Below are positions 38,363-51,279 of a DNA stretch of 64,000 nucleotides, in pieces (the first letter of the stretch is position 1; every line of letters begins with the position of its first letter). Under the pieces are notes generated by a model, which saw only the letters and a list, made by a program, of their open reading frames with translations, ran no database searches and was not told the origin of the DNA. Made by a program: the position numbers and the translations under genes. The stretch spans positions 4,278,001 to 4,342,000 of the forward strand of contig NC_091995.1 in assembly GCF_044704955.1 (NCBI RefSeq). Reading direction: 5' to 3'. This DNA comes from Pristiophorus japonicus (lineage: Eukaryota).

Positions 38363-40045
38363 CACCAACCCTGCTCTCTTCCCCCCCTCCCCCAACCCCG
38401 CTCTCTTCCCCCCCCTCCCCCAACCCCGTTCTCTTCCCCCCTCCCCCAACCCTGTTCTCTTCCCACAACCCCGTTCTCTTCCCCCCCTCCCCCAACCCCG
38501 TTCTCTTCCCCCCCCTCCCCCAACCCCGTTCTCTTCCCCCCCTCCCCTAACCCCGTTCTCTTCCCCCCTCCCCCAACCCCGCTCTCTTCTCCCCCCTCCC
38601 CAACCCCGCTCTCTTCTCCCCCCTCCCCCAACCCCGCTCTCTTCTCCCCCCTCCCCCAACCCCGCTCTCTTCTCCCCCCTCCCCCAACCCCGCTCTCTTC
38701 TCCCCCCTCCCCCAACCCCGCTCTCTTCTCCCCCCTCCCCCAACCCCGCTCTCTTCTCCCCTCTCCCCCAACCCCGCTCTCTTCTCCCCCCTCCCCCAAC
38801 CCCGCTCTCTTCTCCCCTCTCCCCCAACCCCGCTCTCTTCTCCCCCCTCCCCCAACCCCGCTCTCTTCTCCCCCTCCCCCAACCCCGCTCTCTTCTCCCC
38901 TCTCCCCCAACCCCGCTCTCTTCTCCCCCCTCCCCCAACCCCGCTCTCTTCTCCCCCTCCCCCAACCCCGCTCTCTTCTCCCCTCTCCCCCAACCCCGCT
39001 CTCTTCTCCCCTCTCCCCCAACCCCGCTCTCTTCTCCCCTCTCCCCCAACCCCGCTCTCTTCTCCCCCCTCCCCCAACCCCGCTCACTTCTCCCCCCTCC
39101 CCGAACCCCGCTCTCTCTCCCGCCACTCCCTCTCCCCTCCGTTCGCCCCGCTCCTCCTGCTCCCGCTCCCCCCGCTCTCGCTCTCCACCGCTCCCCCCGC
39201 TCTCGCTCTCCACCGCTCCCCCCACTCTCTCTCTCCACCGCTCCCCCTCCCGCTCCCCCCGCTCTCGCTCCCCTCTTCTCCCCCCCGCTCTCGCTCTCCC
39301 CGCCGCTCCCCCGCTCTCGCTCCCCTCCCACTCCCCCCGCTCTCGCTCCCCTCCCACTACCCGGCTCTCGCTCCCCTCCGCTCCCCCCGCTCTCTCTCTC
39401 TCCACCGCTCCTCCCGCTCTCTCTCTCCACCGCTCCCCCCGCTCTCTCTCTCCACCGCTTCCCCCGCTCCCGCTCCCCCCCCTCTCGCTCCCCTCTTCTC
39501 CTCCCGCTCTCTCTCCCTCCGCTCTCTCTTTCTCCCCGCCGCTCCTCCGCTCTCGCTCCTGCTCCCGCTCTCGCTCCCCTCTTTTCCCCCCGCTCTCTCT
39601 CCCCCTGCTCTCTCTCTCCCCGCTCTCTCTCTCCCCGCCGCTCCCCCGCTCTCGCTCCCCTCCCACTCCCCCCGCTCTCGCTCCCCTCCCACTCCTCCGC
39701 TCTCGCTCCCCTCCCACTCACCCCGCTCTCGCTCCCCTCCGCTCCCGCTCCCGCCGCTCTCGCTCCCGCCGCTCTCGCTCTCCGCCGCTCCCCGCGCTCT
39801 TGCCCCGCTCTCGCTCTCCTCCCGCTCCCCCCACTCTCGCTCCCCTCCCACTCCCCCCGCTCTCGCTCCTGCTCCCGCTCCTGCTGCTCTCGCTCCCCGT
39901 CACTCCCCCCGCTCTCGCTCCCCGTCACTCCCCCCGCTCTTTCTCCCCTCCCCCACTCCCGCTCCCCCCGCTCTCGCTCCCCTCTCGCTCCCCTCCCGCT
40001 TCCCCTGCTCTCACTCCCCTCCGCTCCCCCCCCCGCTCTCTTCTG
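37740..40045. repeat. 2.3-kb polypyrimidine/polypurine compound satellite
   Basis: (CT)n tracts, then ~29-bp CCCCAACCCCGCTCTCTTCTCCCCCCT units, then CCGCTCTCGCTCCCC units. Confidence 0.95.
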
Positions 40046-41799
40046 AGTCGGAGACAAAACAATATAAATCGAACCCAAGGCGTAAATCCTGGAGCGGCAG
40101 CAGATTCCATGATCACAATGCAGAGCCCGAGTGGGCTTTTGAATAGGAAAGAGTTTGAATAAATCACAGCAAAAAACTAAATTACTGACTGTTACTTTAA
40201 CTTTCCCCCAGCCCCAGCCTCTCTGACTCTGGATCCGAACACAGACCATTCCCGGCTCATCCTGTCTGAGGGTCGGACCCGTGTGAGACTCGGAGACAGA
40301 CTGCAGCCGCTCCCTGACACCCCGGTGAGGTTTGAATCCTGGGCCTGTGTCCTGGGATCGGAGGGATTCACATCAGGGAGACACCACTGGGAGGTGGAGG
40401 TGGGGAACTAGACTCGGTGGCGTCTGGGAGTGGCCCGAGAGTCTTCCAGGAGGAAAGGGAAATGCACCATTAACCCTGAGACCGGATACTGGATTGTGGG
40501 GCTGGAACCCGGAAGTGACTATTTTGCCGTTACCACCCCCTATAAGTTCCCCTTCACCCCGAGTGTGGAGCCCCGGAAGATCGGGGTGTACCTGGACTAT
40601 GAGGGCGGACAGGTGTAATTTTACAATGCGGACAACATGTCCCATCTCCACACTTTCACCCAGACTTTCACAGAGAGAATCTTTCCCTTCTTCAGTGCGG
40701 GATCGAATGATGGTGGGATAAACTCCGCACTGCTAACAATCTGCGGGGTTAAAGGTCACTAACAGGCCCATCCCATAATTTCACCCTGCCTCCTGCCAGC
40801 TGCAAACTGATGGGTGTCGGTCTCAGTCATAGTGGGGGAGGGGAAGAGAGAGAGGCCGGGGGGAGGGAGAGAGAAGAGAACGTGTGTGAGGCGGGCGGGC
40901 GGGGGTGAAAAGAGAGCCAGGTACAGGGCGAGAGAAGAAACAAATGGATGGTGAATTGTGGAGGGGAACTCACTGGGTGGAATGAGCTGTGAACTGCAGG
41001 AACCCGGTGACCTTCCTGCCTGTAATGTTGCTCCACAGACGGTAGAGGTGTTTGAGATGAATTAGTGCAACACCTCTGCTGCCAACCGCTGTTAGTAAAC
41101 TGCACAATAGAAGCGGCATTGATTAAAATCAAAATGATTTGGGGCTGAATTACATCCCAGAAACATGAACAAAACTATTTTTAAAATCTGCATCATGCTC
41201 CAGATTCTGGATCCTTATTTTACCCATCCCTGCAATTTAGAAGTTAAGAGGTGATTTAATCAAAGTTTGCAAGATATTAAGACTAACTGATCGGGAGAAA
41301 CTGCTTGGGGAGTTTAGGACTTGTGGGTGGGGAGGGGGGGCATAGTCTAAAAATTATAGCCAGGCCTTTCAGGAGCGAAGTTGGGAAACATTTGTACAAA
41401 GGGTGGTAGAGGTTTGGACCTCTCTTCCACAAACCACAATTGATGCTGGGTCAAATGTTAATTTTAAACCTGACATTGATAGATTTTCGTTAACCAAAGG
41501 TATTAAGGGATATGGGCCAAAGGCGGGTATATGGAGTTAGCATACAGATCAGCCATGATCTCACTGAATGGCGGGACAGGCTCAAGGGGCTGAATGGCCT
41601 CCTCCTGCTCCTATCCTGAACTAATGGGGCTGATTTTAAGAGCTCCTGCCTGGTGTAACCGGAGCGATAATCGCCTGGAAATGACGTACAGAGGACCCTG
41701 ATTGCAAGTCTGAGGTACAAATGGGCAGCGTGAGGGTACCTTGAGCAGCCAAACCAGGAGCTGTTCAAATACATGCTGGAAGCTGCTCAGAAACCCAGC

Positions 41800-42305
41800 A
41801 AAGTTTATTACCCATCCCTAATTGCCCTTGAGAAGGGGGTGGTGAGCCACCTCCTTGAACTGCTGCAGTCCGTGAGGTGAAGGTGCTCCCACAGTGCTGT
41901 TAGGGAGGGAGTTCCAGGAGTTTGACCCAGCGATGATGGAAGGAACGGCTGATATATTTTCATGTCAGGATGGTGTGTAACTTAGAAAAACTTGGAGATG
42001 AGGGTGTTCCCATGCACCTGCTGCCCTTGTCCCTCTAGGTGGTGGGGGTCATGGGTTTGGGAGTTGCTGCAGTGCAACTTGATGATGGTACACACTGCAG
42101 CCACAGTGCGACAGTGGTGGAGGGAGTGAATGTTTAAGGTGGTGGGTGGGTGCCAATCAAGTGGGCTGCTTTGTCCTGGATAGTGTCGAGCTTCTTGAGT
42201 GTTGTTGGAGCTGCAATCATCCAGGAAAGTGGAGAGTATTCCATTACATTCCTGACTTGTGCCTTGTTTATTGGGGAAAGGCTTAGGGGAGTCAGCAGCT
42301 GATTG
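41800..42305 (-). mobile_element. 3' fragment of the second LINE family
   Basis: NKAQVRNVMEYSPLSW..LDTIQDKAA. Confidence 0.8.
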
Positions 42306-42647
42306 AAAGTGTTGACCAAATCAGTTGTGAATATACTCGTGCATTATTTTTTCAGTTTTAAGCCATGAAAGAACCAACTGTTACAAGTTAATGATCTAGA
42401 TCACCGTTTCTTTCTACTGAATGAATTATATTGGCCAAATGCTTCTAAAATAGTTGTGATTATTATTTGATTGTTGCATTGTAAATCATGAATCAGACAT
42501 CAAATGCCGCCATTTTATTTATTTTGTTATTTGAAGTGGGTATGGATAATATTTACATTCTTGTACTCGTGTCTAGTATTCTTAAGATGTGCCCTCTTAT
42601 TGAGGATTTTGCAGGTTCAGTAAGAAAACAGGAAAGGCCCTCCGTCC

Positions 42648-45600
42648 CAGGGTTGAGAATGTCCATTACATGTCTGTACACTCTATACTGGGTGGGCCCT
42701 TTAAATGCTCCCAGAGACAGGCTGCCTTTTGCTATGTTTGGCTGATGGTCGTCTTCACTAATGATGTAAATATGAAATATTGAACAGCAGAAAATAAAAC
42801 CAGCTCTTCAATATCCTACTTTATAATGTTGTTCCGTTATTTATGGAGAGCGTGTCGTACCTCTGCTCTTCGGGCGGACTCTCCTGAAATAGACAGAAAC
42901 ACAAATGTTAACGCACAGCAGACCGCTGGCAGTGCTCAAACAGACTAAACAAGGCTCGACTTTGCAGCATGAAAGAGCTCGAGAGTCAATAGTAAAGTGT
43001 GGAGCAACTCGCTGATCTCAGCTGCCCAAAACCTGAGGAAAAGGTTTGGGCCTTTGAGAGGAGCGGACGGAAACTAATGGAAGGAAACGATTGTAAAGCT
43101 AATTAACAAAGGCCAGTGGATAGTATTGGATTAATTGAGTCAGAGTTTAGTGAAGTGGATGGGCTGGTACTCAATATTGAGGGCGAGTCACTGGGGAGAA
43201 TCAGAAGTAAGTGCTGGAGGAAACCGAGCACGTAAGATAATAGAGAATACACTAACGGCAGGAAGAACGCTTGTAAAGATACAATATGCAGATACAGGAA
43301 CATAGGAACAGGAGTAGGCCATTCAGCCCCTCGTGCCTGTTCCACCATTCAATTCGATCAAGCACTAACGCCAAATGCAGAAAACCAAGTCATGGAGGAA
43401 AAAGTAGTTCAGAAGCCAGAGAACATGGTTAGGACAAAGGTGCAGGGAGATTCTGGCTGTAGGGAGGTGGGTGGTGATGATGATGAGTTGGTTACCTGGA
43501 GATAGGTCTGTGCACATTGAAGATAAATGACAAAAGGTACTGGAGGAGCAGGAAGGGCCAAATGACAATGTAAGAAATCCTGTAAGAGCTCCGAACCCAC
43601 CCATGCAAGGATGGCTGAGAAAATCAAGGCAATTTCCATTGTTATACTTCCTGTTTTTGGTGAGAAAGATGTTTGTAAAACAACTCGTAAATATGAATAA
43701 CTGTCCATCAATCTGCTGCGAAAATAATACTGGGTCTTTGGAAAGTAAATAGTGTTGTTATTCTGACAAAAAATGGGAGAGTGATAACCAAATAAAAACA
43801 ATGGAACTTGTCAGGAATGTTGAAGTAGCTGCAAGAAGCATTTACATTGGATAGGAGGGAGAAGGCCAGGAGGAAAGGTGATCCACATGGCATTGATTAC
43901 AGAGTGGAAGCTAGCCAGCAGGTGGGTGATATAACAGAACCAGGTAACATTAACAAGGGTAAACTGGGGACCAAAAGATGGGAACATCTACAGTAAGCTG
44001 TATAGACGGGAATGCTGAATGCATCAGGAATAAGCAATTCCAAAACACGAGGCTACTGTAGCACTCGGGAACTACAGTGTTGTGGGAATATTATAAACAT
44101 GGCTGACTGCAGAGGATGGTGCACAATGACAGGAGGAGCCTGTTCCACCATTCAGTTAGATCATGGCTGATCTGTACCTCAACTGCATTTACCCACTTTT
44201 GCTCCATATCCCTTGATACCCTTAACCAACAACAATCTACCATCTCAGTTTTGAAAATTTTGAATCGATTGATACCAGCATTCACATTCTTTTGAGGAAG
44301 AGAGTTCCAGATTTCCATGATCCTTTCTGTGAATTAATTTTTAAAAAGTATTAAGACAGGAAGGATGTGACATGGCCCTGGATGTCAAAGACACCTCTGA
44401 GATTAAAGAGTCCATGTGTAGTGCAAAGTTACACCATTAACTACACACCGTCTGATCAGAATAAGGCGGAAGGCACTTTACTCTATGAAGAGATGAGAAG
44501 GGACTGGGAAAGCAGGAAGGGTTATGTTAATGTCTCCTTCACCCAACCAAGTGTATACCAAAGTGATTCCGAATCTAGTTTGATAAATATGATACACGAC
44601 TGCTCCCCGGCCCATTGCTTTAGTGAACCACATTTTGACTCGATTATGGTGAGTGGCTGATGGGACTGGAATGAAAGTAGCAGAAGCCTTTGGAGCAGTA
44701 TCCATAGAATGAGCCCGTTTCACATACTCTGGGATTGAGAAATGCCAGGGCCAACAATAACGAGGGTAATCTGTTTAAAACTTAAATGCAATGAGAGGAG
44801 TTTAAAGAGACCAAAGTAACAGCATTACCGTGAGCAAGGTGAATGCGTCCTGTTCATTCAATTCCATCTCTGCGTACGATAACCTTTGCTGAGCTTAGAA
44901 TCATACAACACAGGAGGAGGCCATTTGGCCCATCGGGGTCTTTGGAAGATCTGCCAATTTATTCCACACCCCAGCTTTTTCCCCATAACCCTGAAAATGA
45001 GTCCTCCTGAAGTTCATGTCCAATTACCTTTGGAAGTTCCTGTGGAATCTGCTTCCACCAGCCTGTCAGGTCGTGCCTTTCAGATCTTAACAACCCTGTG
45101 TGTGAAAACATTTCTCATTTCCCCTATAGTTCTTCTGCCAAGTATTTTAAACCTTTGACCTCTGGTTACTGACCCACTTGCCCGAGGAAATAGTTACTCC
45201 TTACTTGCTCTACCAAAATCCCTCAATTTTAAATACTTCGATTAGGTCTCTCTTTAACCTTTTCTGCTCCAATTTGAATAATTCCAGATTCTCCAATCTC
45301 TCCATATAACTGAAGTCTCTCATGCCTCATGTCATCCTGGTAAACCTCCTTTGTACCGTCTGCAATGCCTTGACATCCTTCCACAAGTGTGGTGCCCAGA
45401 ATTCTACACAATACTCCAGCTGAGGACCAACCAGTGATCTGTAAAGGTTTAGCATGACTGTCTTGATTTTGAATTCAATCTCCATTTACAAAGATTTGTG
45501 AACAGGCACCTAAGTTCCTTCTGCTCTTCCACCCCCTCAAAATAGTGCCATTTAGATTATACTGCCTCTCCATGTTGTTCATCCTGAAGTGCATCACTTC

Positions 45601-46223
45601 ACACTTAAATTGTATCAGCCTCGTGTCTTCCCACTTCACCAGTCTGTCTGTATCCTCCTGAAATCTGCCTCTATCCTCCTCACTATTTACCATGTTGCCA
45701 TGTTTTGTATCAGCTGCAAACTTCGAAATTGTACTTTCAATACCCAACTCCAGGTCATTTATACACAAGAAATGGTTCTTGTGAATTGTCTCAGATTTCT
45801 TGTAGATGTGTCTCCATTCTGAATAAAATATCCTTTTCCTCACAGTTCTTCGACCAAGCTCTGTTCTTTTTCATCCGAAATATTGCGGAATTTAGAAAAT
45901 TCGATGCGGTTCTGCGATTGATTCGACTGCTCCTGTGAAGACAAAAAGAGTTTGTTAAAGAAGGAAGCAAAACTATTGCAGGTCACCAGCACATTGATCA
46001 CAATGCTTAATAAACACCAAGCTACGCTGCTGAAAATGCACAGGGATAGAGTTCTGTTAGCCAGGCATGGGATGCATAACACACTACCCATACAGGCACA
46101 GCCCACATCGGCCCACTGAGAATTCACCTTCATTTCGGGGATGCTCTCTTGCTGCTTAAATTCAAAATCTTGAAAAGCGATTTTCTTCTCCCTCAGAAAA
46201 TGTAGGGTTGTGTTCATTTTCCC
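42648..46223 (-). pseudogene. TRIM pseudogene E (lineage 2): exons 46128-46223, about 45770-45932, 42861-42883, 42648-42763
   Basis: GKMNTTLHFLREKKIAFQDFEFKQQESIPEMK (96 nt, AG/GT); EQSNQSQNRIEFSKFRNISDEKEQSLVEEL*; 23-nt micro-exon; ISEDDHQPNIAKGSLSLGAFKGPTQYRVYRHVMDILNP (116 nt, acceptor CAT, donor GG). Colinear with 6557-13220. Confidence 0.78.
44900..45770 (-). mobile_element. Old CR1 fragment shared with TRIM A
   Basis: INDLELGIESTISKFAADTK. Confidence 0.8.
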
Positions 46224-47194
46224 CTGGGATTGAAACTCTGAGGTCTGAAGATAATTCACAAAAAACATTCCCGGGAGGAAATGAGGGGAAACATTCTTAC
46301 ACAGTGAGTTATGGTGATCTGGAATGCACTGGCTGAAAGGGCGGTGGAAGCAGATTCAATAGTAACTTTCAAAAGGGATTTGGATAAATAGTTGAGTAGG
46401 AGACATTCACAGGACTCTGGGGAAAGAGCAGGGAGTGAGACTAATGGGACAGCTCTTTCAAAGAGCCAGCACAGGCACGATGGGCAGAATGGCCTCCTCC
46501 TGTGCTATGTGTGTCTATGATTCTAGGCGCCGACAACAGAGTCAAGGCTCTGCTCAAATTAGAAAGATTTTAACAGTGAATTTTAAAAGAAATTCTTAGC
46601 TGGACCAACTGTTTTAACTTCACTTCATAATTGTTGCAGCTGGTGCAAAGCTGAAGTGGAGTCAAACTCTCTCCTGGCCCACGGTCAATGAAAACTATTG
46701 ATCTTCAGAGTTACTCTGCACATCTCCCCTCGCCATCAATCTCAAACTGCTTTGCATCAACACACAGTAAGTGGCATGACTGTCCCAATCCCAGCGCTCC
46801 AGGACGTCCTGAGCTCGTGAATGGTGCGATATAAATGCGAGTCTTTCTATGGGATTAACACACACCATTATTGCAGCATGACATGCCCTCTGCTAGAAAC
46901 TGTCAGACACAAGTCAGCGACAGTGTGTGACTGAGATAGTCCTGATACAGCATCATTTCTTAGCCATACTCCGGCTATGAGCAGATTCTTTACACTAATT
47001 GAAGCATACACATACACACTTACAATAGAGGACAGCCCCCTCACACAAAACAGAAGATCCCATGCACAGATTGTCTTTAACCCATGAATAGGATTACCCA
47101 TTATATTATGGGGATTATTTGCATCCCTCCTCCGCCTCACCATTCCCCTTCCTCTCCCCACCACCCACCCCCCCCCCCTCTCAAATGTTCATTG

Positions 47195-47620
47195 GGCCCA
47201 TACTCTCTGGAATTAAGAAGAAAGAGAGTTGTTCTCATTGAAACACAAGATTCTGAGGGGGACTGACAGGGTAGATACTAAGAGGTTGTTTCCCTTGTCT
47301 GGAGAGTCTAGAACTAGGGGACATAGTCTTAGGATAAGTGGCCGGCCATTTAAGACTGAGATGAGGAGGAATTTCTTCACAGAGGAATGTGAATCTTTGG
47401 AATTCTCTATCCCAAAGGGTGGTGGATGCTGAGTCTCTGAGTATATTCAAGGCTGAGATCGATAGATTTTTGGACTCTGGGGGAATCAAGGGATATGGTG
47501 ATCAGGCAGGAAAGTGGTATTACGGTCAAAGATCAGACATGATCTTATTGAATGGCAGAGCAGGCTTGAGGGGCCGTATGGCCAACTCCTGCTACTAATT
47601 CTTATGTTACGTTCTTATGG
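47195..47620 (+). mobile_element. CR1 3' fragment
   Basis: [19 protein letters not shown]; TTCTTATG tail. Confidence 0.85.
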
Positions 47621-47939
47621 TCCCCTGTCGAGTATTATGCACAAGAGCCATGGATTCAACACAGCAGGCACGCAAATTATACTCCCTCTGGTAAATGGTT
47701 AGTTCAAAACAAATCTGGACAGTGGCTGAATATTTTCATTAATCCAACATTGCCAGACAAATGAAATTTTAAAAATAGGCCAATTATACAGGAGAGTATC
47801 AGAAGGGCAAGAGAACATCACATTGAAACTTTCCATCACAGCCACACTCCCTGTGGAACAAGTTTATTTGTGAGTAAAACCACCTCGCTCTGGGCCGATC
47901 TCACAGTAAAACTGTCCAAATCTACAAGAGGGTGAAAAC

Positions 47940-50900
47940 TGCAGGTTGGGGTGAACCAGCGAGAGTCTGGTTTTAAGTCTCCTTTTTATGAGTAGCTCAG
48001 CCGGGGGCACCCCTGTGAGCGGGTGGGATCTTGTGCGGTAGCTGAGCAGTACTCAGGACAGGCAGGTTTGGAGTGAGCCTTCTGTGACTCGTTTAAGGCT
48101 CTGTTTGATGGTTTGTATTGCCCGCTCTGCCTGCCCATAGGAGGCTGGTTTAAACGGGGCTGAGGTGACATATTTGATCCCATTGCGGGTCATGAATTCT
48201 TTAAATTCGGCACTGGTGAAACATGACCCATTGTCACTGACCAGTATGTCAGGCAGGCCGTGGGTGGCAAACATGGCCCTCAGGCTTTCAATGGTGGCGG
48301 TGGCGGTGCTTCCCGACATTATTTCACATTCAATCCATTTTGAAAAAACATCCACCACCACCAGGAACATTTTATCGAGAAACGGGCCCGCATAGTCGAC
48401 ATGGATCCTTGACCATGGTCTGGAGGGCCAGGACCACAAACTTAGTGGTGCCTCTCTGGGCGCGTTGCTCAACTGAGCACATGCGCTGCATTGCCGTACA
48501 CAGGACTCTAAGTCAGAGTCGATACCGGGCCACCACACTTGGGATCTGGCTATCGCTTTCATCATTACTATACCCGGGTGTGTGCTGTGGAGATCCAAGA
48601 TAAATGTCTCCCTGCCCTTTTTTGGTAGCACTACACGGCTACCACACAACAGGCAGTCTGCCTGAATGGACAGCTTGTCCTTTCGCCGCTGGAACGGTTG
48701 ATTAGCTCTTGCATTTCAACGGGGATGCTGGCCCAGCTCCCATGCAGTACACAGTTTTTTTCTAGGTACAGCAGAGGATCTTGGCTGGTCCAGGTCCTAA
48801 TCTGGCGGGCCATGACAAGTGATTTATCATTTTCAAACGCTTCCATGACCATCAACAAGTTTGTGGACTGCGCCACCATCAACAAGTTTGCAGGCTGCGC
48901 CATTTCCACCCCCGTGGTGGGCAATGGTTGCCGACTGAGAGCATCTGCACAGTTCTTGGTGCCTGGCCTGTGGCTGATAGCGCGAGTGCCCACCTTTCTA
49001 TGCGGGCTGAGGCATTAGTATTTATCCCCTTGTTTTCAGCAAACAGGGATGTGAGGGGCTTGTGATCGGTTTCCACTCAAACTTGAGGCCAAATAGGTAC
49101 TGATGCATTTTCTTTACCCCGAACACACACGCTAATGCCGCTTTCTCAATCATGCTGTAGGCCCTCTCAGCCTTAGACAAGCTCCTGGAAGCACAGGCGA
49201 CAGGTTGCAACTTCCCCGCAATGTTAGCTTGTTGTAACACAATGACGCGTCACATGCTAGCACAAGTCTTTTACATGGGTTATACAATATAAGCAGCTTG
49301 TTGGAGCATAAAATGTTTCTGGCTTTCTCAAAAGCAAATACTTGTTTTTTTCCCCATACCCAGTTCTCACCTTTGCGCAATAACACATGTAGGGGCTCTA
49401 AAAGGGTGTTTAACTCTGGTAGTAAGTTACCAAAATACTTGAGGAGTCCCAGGAACGACTGCAGCTCTGTGACGTTCTGTGGCCTGGACGCGTTCCTGAT
49501 AGCCTCTGTCTTGGCGTCTGTGGACCGAATGCTGTCCACCGCGATCTTTCTCCCCAAAAACTCCACTTCTGTTGCCATGATGGAGACGCATTTCGACCTC
49601 TTCAGCCGCAGCCCTACATGATCCAGTCGCTGGAGGGCCTCCTCCAGATTTGGTAGGTGCTCGGCGGTGTCCCGACCCGTGACAAACACGTTGTCCTGAA
49701 ATACCACCGTGTGGTACCGACTTGAGTAGGCTCTCCATGTTTCTCTGGAAGATCAATGCAGCCGAATTCCAAATGGGCATCTGTTGTAGATGAACTGTCC
49801 CTTTTGCGTGTTGATGCAGGTGACTCGAAGACTCCTCCAGCTCCTGCAACATGTAGACCGAAGTCAGGTCGAGCTTTGTGAACGTCTTGCCTCCTGCCAG
49901 CGTCGCAAATAGGTCATCTGCCTTAGGTAACGGGTATTGGTCCTGTAGCAAGAAACAATTAATAGTTACTTTATAATCGCCGCAAATCCTGACAATCGGG
50001 TTGGCCCACTCACTGAATTCCATTGGGGAGATTATGCCCTTGCGTTGCATAGGTGGACATTTCGGTGAAAATGTGTGCACCCCGTGTACTTCAGCATCTG
50101 CCTCCTCTCTCTGAGGCTCGAAATTGCTTTGATCCACCATGGACCAATCTTCCTCTGCCACGTGGTGGTTAGTAGGTTTTGCAGAGCTTGCAGCTCGTTG
50201 GAGGAGCCCCATTGTTCCACAGCTCTTGCAAATATACCCTTTCAAGTGGCATGAATAGGCTGAATGGAAACCTCCACAACGCCAACAAGGTGTGAATTGC
50301 TTTGCATTCATCCTTTGTTGGGGACTCAGTCATCTGGGTCACCTGAGGCCTGCTGGCAGTTGCAGACTCGTGCATTCTGCCCTGTACATTTCTGCTCATA
50401 AACACAGTCCCAGTTAATTTATGAACATTGCTAGCACTTGTGTGCTGAGAGATTTGTTTGGTGTTATCACTGGTGGTCATAAACGCCTGTGCTATTGCAA
50501 TGGCCTTACTGAGGGCCAGTGTCTCTGCAGTCAAAAGTTTTCATAGGATGGTCTCGTGGCCAATGCCCAGTACAAAAAAGTCTCTGAGCATTTGCTCCAG
50601 GTAGCCATCAAACTCACATTGTCCTGCAAGTCGCCTTAGCTCGGCAACGTAGCTCGCCACTTCCTGACCTTCAGAACCGATACCTCGCTATAAGCATGCT
50701 CTCCCTCAGGTTAAGATGCTCCTGAACAAGTGTACACAGCTCCTCATACGACTTATCTGTGGGTTTCACCGGAGCCAGAAGATTCTTCATGAGGCTATAG
50801 GTCGGTGCCCTGCAGACTGTGAGCAGGACCGCTCTCCATTTTTGCAGCATTTCCTTCTCCGTCCAGCTCATTGGCTACAAAGTACTGGTCTAGCCGTTCA

Positions 50901-51203
50901 ACATAGGCTTCCCAGTCCTCACTCTCCAAGAACTTCTCCAGGATGCACACAGTTTGCTGCATCTTTGCGTTGGATTCGTATTCTCGTCGCCAGTTAGTGT
51001 GTTCCTAACACAGATGAGGCTGCACACAGGAAGGTTAAAGTAAGTGACCTCAGTCTTTATTAAGACACTCCAGAGTGAGGTACAGGCCTTAGGGGCCGGC
51101 TTAAATACAGTGATCCCAAGGGATGCTGGGATCCCTTGGGACTTCAGGGGATGAGCTCCCTGGTGGCAGAACATGGGAGTGCATGCTTTACAGATACACA
51201 ACA
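47940..51203 (-). mobile_element. Ty3/Gypsy LTR retrotransposon, degenerate and 3'-truncated; 5' LTR about 50998-51203, PBS about 50980-50992
   Basis: LTR TG...CA followed by TGGCGACGAG; gag with CWRCGGFH...C knuckle; RT (RICGDYK, FTKLDL); RNase H (LACDAS, ETDHKPL); integrase (H..HPG..C..C, HVDYAGP, VSDNG, AER) in Gypsy order. Confidence 0.92.
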
Positions 51204-51279
51204 GTATTAAATTGCAGAGCAGGCTCGAGGGGCCATATGGCCTACTCCTGCTCCTATTGACTCCTAGGTTGCAACAGTC

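Larger units (their letters stand above)
33601..40762 (+). pseudogene. Full-length TRIM pseudogene D (RING-B-box-coiled-coil-PRY/SPRY; TRIM27/TRIM39/A33-like): exons 33601-34000, 34090-34185, 34279-34512, 35850-35872, 35971-36086, 40212-40762
   Basis: CPICLDFF..CGNNFCHSC..CPEC; CEEH..LFCETDKKLICVIC..H..H; [25 protein letters not shown]. All splice sites are GT/AG. Lesions: +1 A in the run at 33770-33777, RING His>Asn, stops at 34282, 40409 and 40616. Confidence 0.92.

Noticed and set aside
37599-40249. 815-aa and 853-aa Pro-rich and Gly/Arg/Glu-rich ORFs
   Set aside because: Artefacts of a low-complexity tract lacking stop codons; several frames on both strands are open.
33601-40762. TRIM D as a functional gene with a homopolymer sequencing error
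   Set aside because: Three independent in-frame stops and loss of the RING His remain even if the A-run frameshift were an error.
43494-43640. Hydrophobic ORF MEIALIFSAILAWVG...YLQ followed by GT, resembling a signal-peptide exon (minus strand)
   Set aside because: The paralogous copy lacks the ATG and is split by a transposon. No homology was recognised and no downstream exons were found.
44410-44900. Segment present in block E but not in block A, as a hidden exon or element
   Set aside because: No recognisable motifs, TSD or TIR, so nothing beyond an indel can be supported.
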